Assembly (NCBI GenBank): GCA_002386045.1
Contig: DGEQ01000079.1
Coordinates: 651-49,186, forward strand
Direction: 5' to 3'
DNA from: Hungateiclostridiaceae bacterium UBA3922
GTDB lineage: Bacteria > Bacillota > Clostridia > Acetivibrionales > DTU013
DNA length: 48,536 nt
How positions within the stretch are numbered: the stretch's first letter is position 1; every line of letters starts with the position of its first letter. Of the stretch, positions 35,228 through 45,072 are shown in pieces. The translations under genes were made by a program, and so were the position numbers. The notes under the pieces are model-generated. The model ran no database searches. It had not been told where the DNA came from and was given only the letters and a program-made list of their open reading frames with translations.

Positions 35228-36424
35228 TCATTTCGATACCAGCCGCAGCGTCTCCCTTGCTATTGCAAGTTCTTCGTTGGTGGGTATGACAAGCGTCCTG
35301 ACCTTCGCATCCGCCGCACTTATATCCATTTCACGGCCCCTGACCGTATTTTTCTCAGGGTCGATGCGCAGCCCAAGGAAATCCATGTTTTCCATGATAA
35401 TTCTCCTGACCAGCGGATTGTTCTCGCCTATACCCGCCGTAAAGACGACGGCATCCAGGCCGTTCATGACGGCTGCATAGCTGCCGATGTACTGCTTGAC
35501 CCGGTAGCAGAATATCCTGATGGCCAGACGTGCTCTTTCATTGCCGGCATCGAATGCTTCCTCCAGGTCCCTGAAATCGCTGCTGACGCCCGAAATGCCG
35601 AGGACCCCGGATTTCTTGTTGAGATACTCGTCTATTTCCTTCGGGGTCATTTTTTCATTTTCCATCAGGAACTTCACTACCGCCGGATCCACCGAACCGC
35701 TCCTGGTCCCCATCACAAGACCATCAAGCGGGGTGAAGCCCATGCTTGTATCGACGGACTTTCCAAACTCAACGGCGCAGACGCTTGCCCCGTTGCCCAG
35801 GTGGCATGTCACCAGCTTCAGTTCCTCGAGCGGTCTTGCAAGCATCACCGCGGCACGCTGCGCTACATACTTGTGCGATGTGCCGTGGAAGCCGTACTTC
35901 CTGATCCCGTGTTTTTCATACATTTCGTACGGCAGTGCGTACAGGTAGGCATGCTGGGGTATCGTCTGGTGGAACGCTGTGTCAAACACGGCCACCATCG
36001 GAGTATCCGGCATAATGTGCATGCATGCCTCGATCCCTATGATGTTCGGCGGATTGTGGAGCGGGGCCAGGTCTATGCATTCCCTTATGGCAGCCATTAC
36101 ATTTTCATCGATTATGACCGACTCATGGAATTTTTCTCCGCCATGGACTATGCGGTGCCCTACTGCCGCTATTTCGGACATGTCACTGATCACGCCGGTA
36201 TTTCCATTAGTCAGTACGTCGATGACCTGCCTGATCGCCGCCTTATGGCTGGTCATGTCGACCTCGATGACGATAGGGTCACACCCCGTCCTGGTGTGCT
36301 TTATGAACGAGTTGTCTATGCCGATCCTGTCACAGAGGCCCCTGGCCAGGACGGCCTCGTTTTCCATGTCTATAAGCTGGTACTTCAATGACGAACTTCC
36401 TGTGTTTATAACCAATATCTTCAT
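35228..36424 (-). CDS. ackA: Acetate kinase
   Basis: [17 protein letters not shown]...VGHRIVHGG...FHGTSH...HLGNGAS...FTAGIGEN. Confidence 0.95.
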   Translation of the reverse strand: MKILVINTGSSSLKYQLIDMENEAVLARGLCDRIGIDNSFIKHTRTGCDPIVIEVDMTSHKAAIRQVIDVLTNGNTGVISDMSEIAAVGHRIVHGGEKFHESVIIDENVMAAIRECIDLAPLHNPPNIIGIEACMHIMPDTPMVAVFDTAFHQTIPQHAYLYALPYEMYEKHGIRKYGFHGTSHKYVAQRAAVMLARPLEELKLVTCHLGNGASVCAVEFGKSVDTSMGFTPLDGLVMGTRSGSVDPAVVKFLMENEKMTPKEIDEYLNKKSGVLGISGVSSDFRDLEEAFDAGNERARLAIRIFCYRVKQYIGSYAAVMNGLDAVVFTAGIGENNPLVRRIIMENMDFLGLRIDPEKNTVRGREMDISAADAKVRTLVIPTNEELAIARETLRLVSK

Positions 36425-36439
36425 TTACATACAACTCCT

Positions 36440-37519
<1,080 letters not shown>

Positions 37520-37570
37520 TTATCACCTGGTTCTAACATCAGCTTATATCAGGCATTTCAGCCATGTTTT

Positions 37571-37599
37571 ATTATATACAAAACGTTTATTGTATACAA
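37571..37599 (-). promoter_or_regulatory. Sigma-A promoter of pta-ackA
   Basis: On the minus strand: TTGTAT (37594-37599), 17 nt, TATAAT (37571-37576). The -35 hexamer sits in the palindrome TTGTATACAA. Confidence 0.5.
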
Positions 37600-37753
37600 G
37601 ATACAATTCGTATTATGTTGCCTGAAATTGAGTATTTCAATAAAAACACCAAGTAAGCAGCACGTCACATGGAAAACTGCACATATCCCTGCAGGAAAAA
37701 AGCCGACCGATCAGGATGCTCATGTGACTCGTGTAAAGAGGTTCGGATGCAGA

Positions 37754-39238
37754 TCAGGCATCAGGCCTGCCAAAAGATATGATGAAAAAGGTCCTGTATT
37801 TACTGGTATCGGTATCATGACCGGAACCGGGCTCCAGGGTGCCCTGCCGCAGCCGTTGGACCAATTGCCCGGAACCGTCGTCCAGCACCAGAACGCCCCC
37901 ATGCTTTTCAACGATCTTGCTGGCAATGGCGAGTCCAAGTCCCGTTCCTCCGCTGCTCCTGGAACCGTCTGCCTTTACGAAAGGATCGAATATGGTCCGG
38001 CGGATCTCTTCAGCGATGCCGGTCCCGTTGTCCGCGATCACTATGTCGGTCCGGTCCGGCATATCATATAGCCCGATGAGCACGGAAGTTCCGGGAGGAT
38101 TGTGCCGGACGGCGTTGACGATGATATTGGAGACGGCCCTGGTCATCTCTTTCCTGTCGATCATGAGCATGACCTTTCCCCGGGGAATGTCCAGTTCGGG
38201 CTCGATCCCTTTTTCTTCCATCTGTTCATAGTGTTCCGCGGCCAATTCTCTCAGAAACCCGGCAAGATCGGTATTTTCCAAGTCCAGGCCCGTTTCACGG
38301 AAATCCAGTTTTGCCAGTTCGAACAGATCCTCTGTTAGTTTCGATACATACATGGATTTGCTGTAGATGGTTTCGATATACCTTTTCTTCCTTTCTTCGT
38401 CCTTTACCATGTTTTCCGCCAGCGCCCTGCTATATCCGCTGATCACTGTCACCGGCGTCTTCAGGTCGTGGGATATATCGATGAACATCCTGTTCCTCGC
38501 TTCTTCCATCCTTATTTTTTCTTCCCGTGCAGCCTCAAGCTTTTCAGCCATTTCATTGAATGCATCCCTTATCTGCAGGAATTCGTCCTCAGCCCGGAAA
38601 TCCATGCGGACGTCCAGTTTTCCCGCCCTGAGCTCATTTATGGCGTCGGTTATCCCGGACAACGGCCTGCTTATCCTTATGGATGTCCATTTGCTGTAAA
38701 GGAATATATTCAGAAGGAACAGGACCAAAAACAGGAAAAATGATGCGATGACTGCCTTAACGACCTTTTTTGCGGCAGGAAGGCGAAAATCCGTCATATT
38801 GAGTCGTATTTCCACGCTGCGGCTCGGGATCATAACAAGGCATGTGTAAGCACGGCCGTCTCCGGCGGTGAAATTGGCCGCAGTACAGAGCCATTCGCCG
38901 CCGTCACCGGGATAGCTCAGCATTTCGTACAGCTGTTTGCTGCTGTACTCATATTCCACCGTCTTCTTGTCGCCTTTTACGAATACGACCCTGTTTTCTT
39001 CATCAAGTATCTCCGCCCATCCGCCCAGTGTGGCAATGTCCGTGATATCCATACTCTCGTAGTCTGCTCTTGCCACCTGGTCAGCCGTCAGCGCCGGGGC
39101 TGCCTCCCCGGACATGCTCTTCATCAGCGAATACCCCAGGAATGCCATGGACAGGACTGCGGCAGCAAGCATTATCATGACGAAAGTTACGTAGTTTTTA
39201 AGAAGCGTGCCATGAAGGCTTTTCTTCCTCACCGTCAT
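37754..39238 (-). CDS. Sensor histidine kinase (2 TM, HAMP, HisKA, HATPase_c)
   Basis: H-box FIDISHDLKTPVT, N-box IIVNAVRHN, G-boxes DNGTGI and GGTGLGLAI. The C-terminal roughly 40 aa are atypical. Confidence 0.88.
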   Translation of the reverse strand: MTVRKKSLHGTLLKNYVTFVMIMLAAAVLSMAFLGYSLMKSMSGEAAPALTADQVARADYESMDITDIATLGGWAEILDEENRVVFVKGDKKTVEYEYSSKQLYEMLSYPGDGGEWLCTAANFTAGDGRAYTCLVMIPSRSVEIRLNMTDFRLPAAKKVVKAVIASFFLFLVLFLLNIFLYSKWTSIRISRPLSGITDAINELRAGKLDVRMDFRAEDEFLQIRDAFNEMAEKLEAAREEKIRMEEARNRMFIDISHDLKTPVTVISGYSRALAENMVKDEERKKRYIETIYSKSMYVSKLTEDLFELAKLDFRETGLDLENTDLAGFLRELAAEHYEQMEEKGIEPELDIPRGKVMLMIDRKEMTRAVSNIIVNAVRHNPPGTSVLIGLYDMPDRTDIVIADNGTGIAEEIRRTIFDPFVKADGSRSSGGTGLGLAIASKIVEKHGGVLVLDDGSGQLVQRLRQGTLEPGSGHDTDTSKYRTFFIISFGRPDA

Positions 39239-39951
39239 TTCTCCTTTTCGAACCGGTAGCCGAGCCCTCTTACGGTTTTAAGATACACGGGGTTCCTCGG
39301 ATCGTCCTCGATCTTGTCGCGGAGCTTACTTATATGCACCATGACCGTATTGTCATCGCTTTCATAGAAATCTCCGCCCCATACATGCTCGTAGATTCGG
39401 CTTTTAGTGAATACCCTGCCCCTGTTTTCCATCAGCAGGCACAGTATCCTGTATTCGATGGCGGTAAGGGGTATCTCCCTGCCGTTTTTCGTCAGCGTGC
39501 AGCTTGCCCTGTCAAGCACCAGTCCTCCCGCCGTGATGCGTTCCTGCGCCTGTGCTGCCGGCGCGTTCAGCCTGTAATACCTGCGGAGCTGCGCCTGGAC
39601 CCTCGCCGTGATTTCCAGCGGATTGAACGGTTTTGTTATGTAATCGTCCGCGCCGAGGTCGAGCCCGAGTATCTTCCCGCTGTCGTCGCTCCTGGCTGAA
39701 AGTATCAGTATCGGCATGTTGCTTGTTTCGCGGATTTTCCTCACAAGCGTGTACCCGTCCATCCCCGGCATCATTATGTCAAGCACCGCCGCGTCGATGA
39801 ACGCATCTTTCCTGCAAAGCACATCAAAAGCCTCTTTCCCGTTGAAAACACCTATCACGCTGAACCCGGCATTTTCAAGATAAAGGCTCAGCAGGTCCAC
39901 TATTTCCTTTTCATCGTCAGCCAGCAGGATCGTATACTTTCTGTCCTCCAT
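39235..39951 (-). CDS. OmpR-family response regulator
   Basis: MEDRKYTILLADDEKEIVDLL...LDIMMPGMDG, with the winged-helix C-terminus VMVHISKLRDKIE...YLKTVRGLGYRF. ATG at 39951 follows GGAGGA, so the track start at 40116 is an over-extension. Confidence 0.9.
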   Translation of the reverse strand: MEDRKYTILLADDEKEIVDLLSLYLENAGFSVIGVFNGKEAFDVLCRKDAFIDAAVLDIMMPGMDGYTLVRKIRETSNMPILILSARSDDSGKILGLDLGADDYITKPFNPLEITARVQAQLRRYYRLNAPAAQAQERITAGGLVLDRASCTLTKNGREIPLTAIEYRILCLLMENRGRVFTKSRIYEHVWGGDFYESDDNTVMVHISKLRDKIEDDPRNPVYLKTVRGLGYRFEKEK

Positions 39952-39982
39952 TCCAGGAAATCCTCCATCCATGCCCGGGCAG

Positions 39983-40960
39983 TCACCTGCCCGTGTTTTC
40001 CAGCAGCCCGGCCAGTGACAGGCTCCCGGCATGCATGTCCTGTTTCCAGTCCGGGTCGAGCCTGTCCAGGAGCATACAGATACCCATGCCGCTCTTGTAA
40101 TACTTCTCCTTTCCAAAGGAAGTTTCCTTCAATGAGTGAAGATATTGTCCGTACAGTTCTTCATCGGAAAGCGCGAGCGCAGTCTTTGCCTCGACATACC
40201 TCGCCGTTCCCTCCAGCAGTTCATACAGGTCGGCGTGACTTTCCACAGCATTGGCATCGATCCCTGCCTTTTCACTTACCAGCGCCAGCGTATCTTTTCT
40301 TGTCCTGATATACTCCGCTACAGCTTCGGCATCAGGCATGCCTTCGTCCGAAACCACCAGCCGGTACAATAGATCTGCCTGTTTTTCGTACATGGCACGT
40401 ATTTCCGGATCGGATTCGCTTTCCTCGATCCTTGCCTCGATACCGGGATCTGCGATCCCTTCAGCCAATGCCTTTATTTTCTCCTCCCAGCGGCTTAACT
40501 GGCAGGCATGCATCGCCTCATGGCATAGTATCGATATATACTGGCTCTCCGACATCTTTTTGCCCTCGATCGAGAACCGATCGATCAAAAAGTCTTCAAT
40601 GCTGCCGGAAAAGCCCTCCACGATCTGTCCGACCGAATCCATCACCGATTTGGACGGCACCAGGATATATATCCTGTCTTCGTCAGGATATACCGTGCAT
40701 GCGATGACAGGCAGGACCGGCTTCCTTTTCCTGACTTCCCCGTCAAAGACCACGTACTCCGCGTTGCCTTTACGTATTGCGACCGGGTAACGGCTTACGG
40801 AAAGACCCGGCCATATCTGCCCCAGCCTCCCGTCCTCCAGTGTGCATGCTTTTTCATACAATACCAGGTCCTCCCCGGGCAGTCCCCGTAAGGAAGTCAC
40901 CAGCACGCCGGCCGCCAGCAGGACACCGATGAGCAGGTAGATCGGCCTGAATGCTTTCAT
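39983..40960 (-). CDS. Membrane-anchored HExxH protein (putative Zn-metallopeptidase), function unknown
   Basis: MKAFRPIYLLIGVLLAAGVLV anchor and ILCHEAMHACQ (HExxH). ATG at 40960 follows GGAGGTG. It is wedged between the ABC-2 permease and the two-component genes. Confidence 0.65.
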   Translation of the reverse strand: MKAFRPIYLLIGVLLAAGVLVTSLRGLPGEDLVLYEKACTLEDGRLGQIWPGLSVSRYPVAIRKGNAEYVVFDGEVRKRKPVLPVIACTVYPDEDRIYILVPSKSVMDSVGQIVEGFSGSIEDFLIDRFSIEGKKMSESQYISILCHEAMHACQLSRWEEKIKALAEGIADPGIEARIEESESDPEIRAMYEKQADLLYRLVVSDEGMPDAEAVAEYIRTRKDTLALVSEKAGIDANAVESHADLYELLEGTARYVEAKTALALSDEELYGQYLHSLKETSFGKEKYYKSGMGICMLLDRLDPDWKQDMHAGSLSLAGLLENTGR

Positions 40961-40961
40961 G

Positions 40962-41729
40962 TCACACCTCCTTCCTGAAAAGGACAAATGTAAGGGAAAG
41001 GACCAGGTACAGCAGCAACAGCGTGGCAAGTACAGGTCCGGGATCCACGGGAGCTCCTGTCAGGATGTTCGAAGCCTGCTGCTGTACTGCAGATAAGTCC
41101 GGTGTCAAAAACAGCAGGATACGTGCGGCTGCTGCGCCGACGCCTTGTGCAGTGTCGGCAAGGGTGTCCAGCACGCCATGGAGTATCCCTGCGGCATAAA
41201 CGAGAATGCCGGCAACTCCTGCAACATACACGGGCGCCCTTATGCTCACGACGCTTACGGCCGCGCTCAGGAACAACGAATTGATGCTCATGACGATGAT
41301 ACACAGGAATGTCGGCAGAATGAGCCCGGGCCTGCCATAAGCTACGCAGAAAACGACAAGCGATACATAAAACGAAAGCATGCAGAAAAGGCTTGCGAGC
41401 ATATTGCCGACAGTGAGCGAAAACATGTACTGCCACGGTTTTATCCCCCTTACAAGCACAAGATGCGTCGTTTTCCTTTCAAACTCATCAGGGATCGTCC
41501 GAAGCGATACCATCACGGCGAGCAGGCCCGATACGAAACCTGTTATCGAGAGGGCCACAGGCACCATCTGTTCGAATCCCGAAACCTTTCTCCCGTTTAT
41601 CATAAGGTTGCTGTCCCCGGTGGTGACCAGCAGCATGATCGCCATGCCGATGAATGCAACGACATGAAATGTCTTCCCGCGTATCCGTTCCCTGAACGTA
41701 TTATGTATCAGCGCAAGCATGTCCGGCAC
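40962..41729 (-). CDS. ABC-2 type transporter permease
   Basis: 255 aa, about 6 TM helices, directly downstream of and overlapping the ATPase gene. Confidence 0.8.
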   Translation of the reverse strand: MPDMLALIHNTFRERIRGKTFHVVAFIGMAIMLLVTTGDSNLMINGRKVSGFEQMVPVALSITGFVSGLLAVMVSLRTIPDEFERKTTHLVLVRGIKPWQYMFSLTVGNMLASLFCMLSFYVSLVVFCVAYGRPGLILPTFLCIIVMSINSLFLSAAVSVVSIRAPVYVAGVAGILVYAAGILHGVLDTLADTAQGVGAAAARILLFLTPDLSAVQQQASNILTGAPVDPGPVLATLLLLYLVLSLTFVLFRKEV

Positions 41730-42405
41730 CTCCCACGGTTTTTACAAACATTTCTTCAAGACCGGCGCCGGCCAGGTCGCTCCTGTCCGCCATGCCGGCC
41801 GGTTTTCCGTTCACGATGATCAGTATCCTGTCTGCGACTTTTTCTACATCGCCCAATATATGGGAATTCATGATGATGGTTTTGCCTTCACGTTTCAGCC
41901 GTCCGATCAGTCCGAGCATTTCTATCCTTCCGACGGCGTCAAGGCCTGACGTGGGCTCATCGAGTACCAGGAGTTCGGGGTCTCCCAGCAGGGCCTGTGC
42001 AAATGCAAGCCTCTGCAGCATTCCCTTTGAATAGTTTCTGACCCTGATACCGGCTGCGCCGGACAATCCGACAAGCTCCAGCAGTTCTGCGATCTGCCGG
42101 CCGGCTGTCTGCCTGTCCAGCTTCTGCAGTCTCGAATAGAACCGCATTACCTCGTGACCGGTCAGGAACGGATGGAAATAAGGAGTTTCAGGGGAATAAC
42201 CTGTCTTCGTGTTCCTGTCGATGAGCACCTTCCCGCCGGACGGCCTGGTAAGTCCGAGTATCATTTTTATAGTCGTCGTCTTTCCGGCTCCGTTTGGTCC
42301 CAGGAACCCAAGCACCTCGCCCTTTTCAACGCTGAATGAAAGGCCGTCGACTGCCTTCGTCCTGCCATATGTCTTGACCAGCCCACAGCATTCCAGTATC
42401 TTCAA
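41701..42405 (-). CDS. ABC transporter ATP-binding protein
   Basis: GPNGAGKTTT, LSGG-type signature YSKGMLQRLAFA, Walker B LLVLDEPTSGLD. I prefer the TTG at 42405 (MKILECCGLVKTYG), 6 nt after GGAGGTG. Confidence 0.9.
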   Translation of the reverse strand: MKILECCGLVKTYGRTKAVDGLSFSVEKGEVLGFLGPNGAGKTTTIKMILGLTRPSGGKVLIDRNTKTGYSPETPYFHPFLTGHEVMRFYSRLQKLDRQTAGRQIAELLELVGLSGAAGIRVRNYSKGMLQRLAFAQALLGDPELLVLDEPTSGLDAVGRIEMLGLIGRLKREGKTIIMNSHILGDVEKVADRILIIVNGKPAGMADRSDLAGAGLEEMFVKTVGGAGHACADT

Positions 42406-42543
42406 AGCTTTCACCTCCACGCTTTTTATCATAGAGGTGAAAGCTTTAAACATGTTTTACGCAGCCTTAAAATTACCTTAAAAAATGCCTGTCACCCCAT
42501 GCCGGGTGGCAGGCAACGTTTTTTCATGGTTTTCAGGGTGTGG

Positions 42544-43155
42544 CTACCTGCATCTTTTGAGCAGTTCCAGTACGGATTCCCCGAGTTTCGCGTTGCTGAC
42601 ATCTGTCGGCAGGCATATCTCAGGGTTTTTCGTGATATAGACATAAACCCCCTCCTGGGTCTTTGCTGTGGAATGCAGCATAACGTTCCTGCGGTCCCTG
42701 CAGTATATCGATATGCTGGGCCTGCCTTTCGAAAATCCTTTCCAGTCTGGTGCCCGGAGAAGCCTCATCAGCGTCGCGCTGTCAGCCGGCTTTCCGTTCC
42801 TGCACGATGCCATGGCTGACTTCACGGCCCGGCCGAGGTCATCGGCATTATATGGCATGTCCAGCCAAATTATATCGGCTGTTGCCTTCCCGGATCCGAA
42901 CAGGTCCGGGACGTAAGGAATAAGCACTGCATTGCGGTATCTGTCAAAAAAGACGCTCACATTGCCGCTGTCGATCACGTCCTGTGGACCGACTTTTTTT
43001 GTCCTGCCGGAAACGGCGGCGCCTTTTTTGCCGCTCTTCCTGCCCCCTGTGGAGATGTACAGCAGCGTGCCAAGCGCGGCTGTGGCTGCCGTGACCAGTA
43101 TTACCAGAAGCAGATACCGTGCATAGGTTGCGTCCATCCCCTTAGTCAACTCCAT
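42544..43155 (-). CDS. Hypothetical single-pass membrane protein
   Basis: TM helix YLLLVILVTAATAALGTLLYI, a basic linker, then a domain of about 150 aa with no motif I recognise. The Shine-Dalgarno motif is weak and the start is ambiguous. Confidence 0.55.
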   Translation of the reverse strand: MELTKGMDATYARYLLLVILVTAATAALGTLLYISTGGRKSGKKGAAVSGRTKKVGPQDVIDSGNVSVFFDRYRNAVLIPYVPDLFGSGKATADIIWLDMPYNADDLGRAVKSAMASCRNGKPADSATLMRLLRAPDWKGFSKGRPSISIYCRDRRNVMLHSTAKTQEGVYVYITKNPEICLPTDVSNAKLGESVLELLKRCR

Positions 43156-43511
43156 CCGCGGCCGATTTCATGGAACCCATCAATCATATTAGCATGAGCA
43201 CCCGGTACTTCACAACCTGCCGTTTCCACTTTTCCCGAAAGACGGCAGCGCCGGAAGATCCTTCGACGTACCGGTCCCGGTATGGGAACGGGCACTTTTG
43301 CCAAGGACCGTTCCCGCTTGCCGGAAACGTGATCAGGGACTGTACCGGAATAACCGAGTCAGGATATGTACTCAACGATGACCTGGCCCCGGCGGAAATG
43401 CTGGGCAAGAAGCTCCTCAATGATGTGGCGGACGAAATGCCGGGCAATTCCAAAAGTGAGCCCGAAAGTTCAGGCAGCGGCATCATGGAAATGTCCGGAA
43501 TGCTCTCCTGG

Positions 43512-43832
43512 TCATTGCCTGGCCAGGTATTCCCGGAACGGCGCGCTGTCATTGCAGAAAAGCATGAATATGTCCCTTATCACATCGTTGTGGTTAGCCT
43601 CAGTCACACGATACAGCCGTCCGTCATGGAGCTGTATGTACATGCTCAGCTGGAACCTGTCGCTGTTGTCTATGACAGCGCTTATGATATCCACCGCTTC
43701 TGCAGGCCTTGTATATTCATGGAACCAGCCTCCGGCATCATCGGCTATTTCCACGTCACGTTCATAATAGCTCCTGAGGAACCGTTTCAGTTCCCCTTCT
43801 TTCCTTGACCACAAATTGACCGTAAGACTCAT
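43512..43832 (-). CDS. Hypothetical small cytoplasmic protein (106 aa)
   Basis: AAGGAG (43840-43845) lies 7 nt upstream of the ATG. The composition is protein-like (MSLTVNLWSRKEGELKRFLRSYYERDVEI...). I recognised no family. Confidence 0.6.
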   Translation of the reverse strand: MSLTVNLWSRKEGELKRFLRSYYERDVEIADDAGGWFHEYTRPAEAVDIISAVIDNSDRFQLSMYIQLHDGRLYRVTEANHNDVIRDIFMLFCNDSAPFREYLARQ

Positions 43833-43854
43833 GTTTGTTCTCCTTTTCTAATGT

Positions 43855-43910
43855 AAGGGGGACACTCCTCAGCAGGGGAGTATTCCGCTGGGGCAGAGGA
43901 ATGTCCCCTT
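43855..43910. repeat. Third copy, in inverted orientation, of the hairpin repeat family seen at 34260-34383
   Basis: AAGGGGGACACTCCTC (43855-43870) pairs with GAGGAATGTCCCCTT (43896-43910) around a 25-nt loop. By my manual count its reverse complement matches unit B at about 36 of 49 positions with no gaps, including loop positions. Confidence 0.7.
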
Positions 43911-44063
43911 CAGTATACAACATCGTCCGTCAAAGTGGGCGGATAATTTGAAAAAACCACGATGTAATTTATTCCATGCATCAGATGCTGCATGTAAAAT
44001 GGTCATCAGCCGTATGAATGATTCGGTTTTTACCCATAATAAAACAGCCGTCGTACACTCGCA

Positions 44064-45047
44064 ATGGAGGTAATGGAATTGTTCGGCCGTAATACTTTTG
44101 CATATGTTTTACTTACATCCCTGTTGCTCTCAATGCCGGCAGTGGTGTCGGGCTGCTCCGGCGGCAGCGGCCGGCAGCAGGGCGAACAGCTCAAGGCAGC
44201 CCAGGAAAAAATGACGGAGGAAAAGGAATCGGAAAAGCTGAAAAAGCTGGAGGCAAAAATCGAGAGCCTTTTCGAAACACTGGGCGGTCCGGCAATGAAG
44301 ACCGAAACAGGTGAAAAACAGGAAGACCGGCAGCATGAAGAGCATGGTAAGCAATCACATGGCCAGGGAGACAGCCGGCAGGAAAGCGAAAACAAACAGC
44401 AGGAAAGCGGGCAGAAAGAAGACGGAAAGCAGGAAAACGAACAGCAGAAAAACGGGAAGGAAAGCGGCCGGAAAGGCAGCCAGGATCATGGCGGGCAAAA
44501 GGAAGACAAGCAGAAAGAAGAAGACAAATGGAAGGAAGTCGACAAAATCATAAACGACCTCCACTACCTGTGGAATGACCTGATGCCCGAGATCACAAAA
44601 AAAGGCGCCGACATGAAGCTTTCAGATGCCTTTGCAGGGTCGCTGAACAGCCTTACGACCAAGGCAGGGTCCAGGGACAGGGACAAAGTCATGGCGGCAG
44701 CCAACAGGCTGTACTCACACATACCGGACCTGTTTTCCCTTTATCGCCTGAAAATGTCTCCTGAACTGAAAAGAATGGTGTACTATACGAGGAATATCGT
44801 ACTGGGATCAGAAAAGGATGCCTGGGAACAGACAGGCAAGGACATGGAGTCCCTTGAAAAATCCTGGTCACTGCTAAGGAACACGCTGGAGGAAGAGCAG
44901 AAAAAAATCGGCGACAAGCTGGATCTTTCGATTTACGAACTGAAAAAGGTAGTATCTGAAAAAAACGGGCAGCTTGCCGTCATAAAGGGCAGGATCGTAC
45001 TGAACAACATCAGCGGGCTCGCAGAATCATACGAGAAAAAGATATAG
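44064..45047 (+). CDS. Lipoprotein with a K/E/Q-rich disordered linker and a helical C-terminal domain
   Basis: Signal peptide ending in the lipobox VVSGC. The probable true start is the TTG at 44079, 8 nt after GGAGG. The low-complexity region is encoded by a T-free DNA tract. Confidence 0.7.
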   Translation: MEVMELFGRNTFAYVLLTSLLLSMPAVVSGCSGGSGRQQGEQLKAAQEKMTEEKESEKLKKLEAKIESLFETLGGPAMKTETGEKQEDRQHEEHGKQSHGQGDSRQESENKQQESGQKEDGKQENEQQKNGKESGRKGSQDHGGQKEDKQKEEDKWKEVDKIINDLHYLWNDLMPEITKKGADMKLSDAFAGSLNSLTTKAGSRDRDKVMAAANRLYSHIPDLFSLYRLKMSPELKRMVYYTRNIVLGSEKDAWEQTGKDMESLEKSWSLLRNTLEEEQKKIGDKLDLSIYELKKVVSEKNGQLAVIKGRIVLNNISGLAESYEKKI

Positions 45048-45072
45048 GCCGGCCTGTTTAAGCAAAGCGCCT

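Noticed and set aside
37754-37940. A possible frameshift at the 3' end of the histidine kinase, because the last ~40 aa do not resemble the usual G-x-G-T-x-F-x-L-P ending.
   Set aside because: The alternative frame (37720..37938) does not restore a canonical ending either, and no homopolymer run suggests an error. I treat it as a divergent C-terminus.
39952-40116. N-terminal extensions in the ORF track: 39235..40116, 39983..41029, 23117..24232, 19167..19805, 19808..21142, 27667..28980, 31532..32914 and 41701..42453.
   Set aside because: In each case an internal start with a proper Shine-Dalgarno motif coincides with the conserved family N-terminus. The extension also overlaps the neighbouring gene or has Cys/Arg/Trp-rich non-protein-like composition.
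43170-43808. The 212-aa plus-strand ORF considered as a real gene.
   Set aside because: It has no Shine-Dalgarno motif. Its C-terminal half is the antisense of the better-supported 106-aa gene, which has AAGGAG 7 nt upstream of its ATG. The remaining N-terminal part is too short and has nothing to support it.
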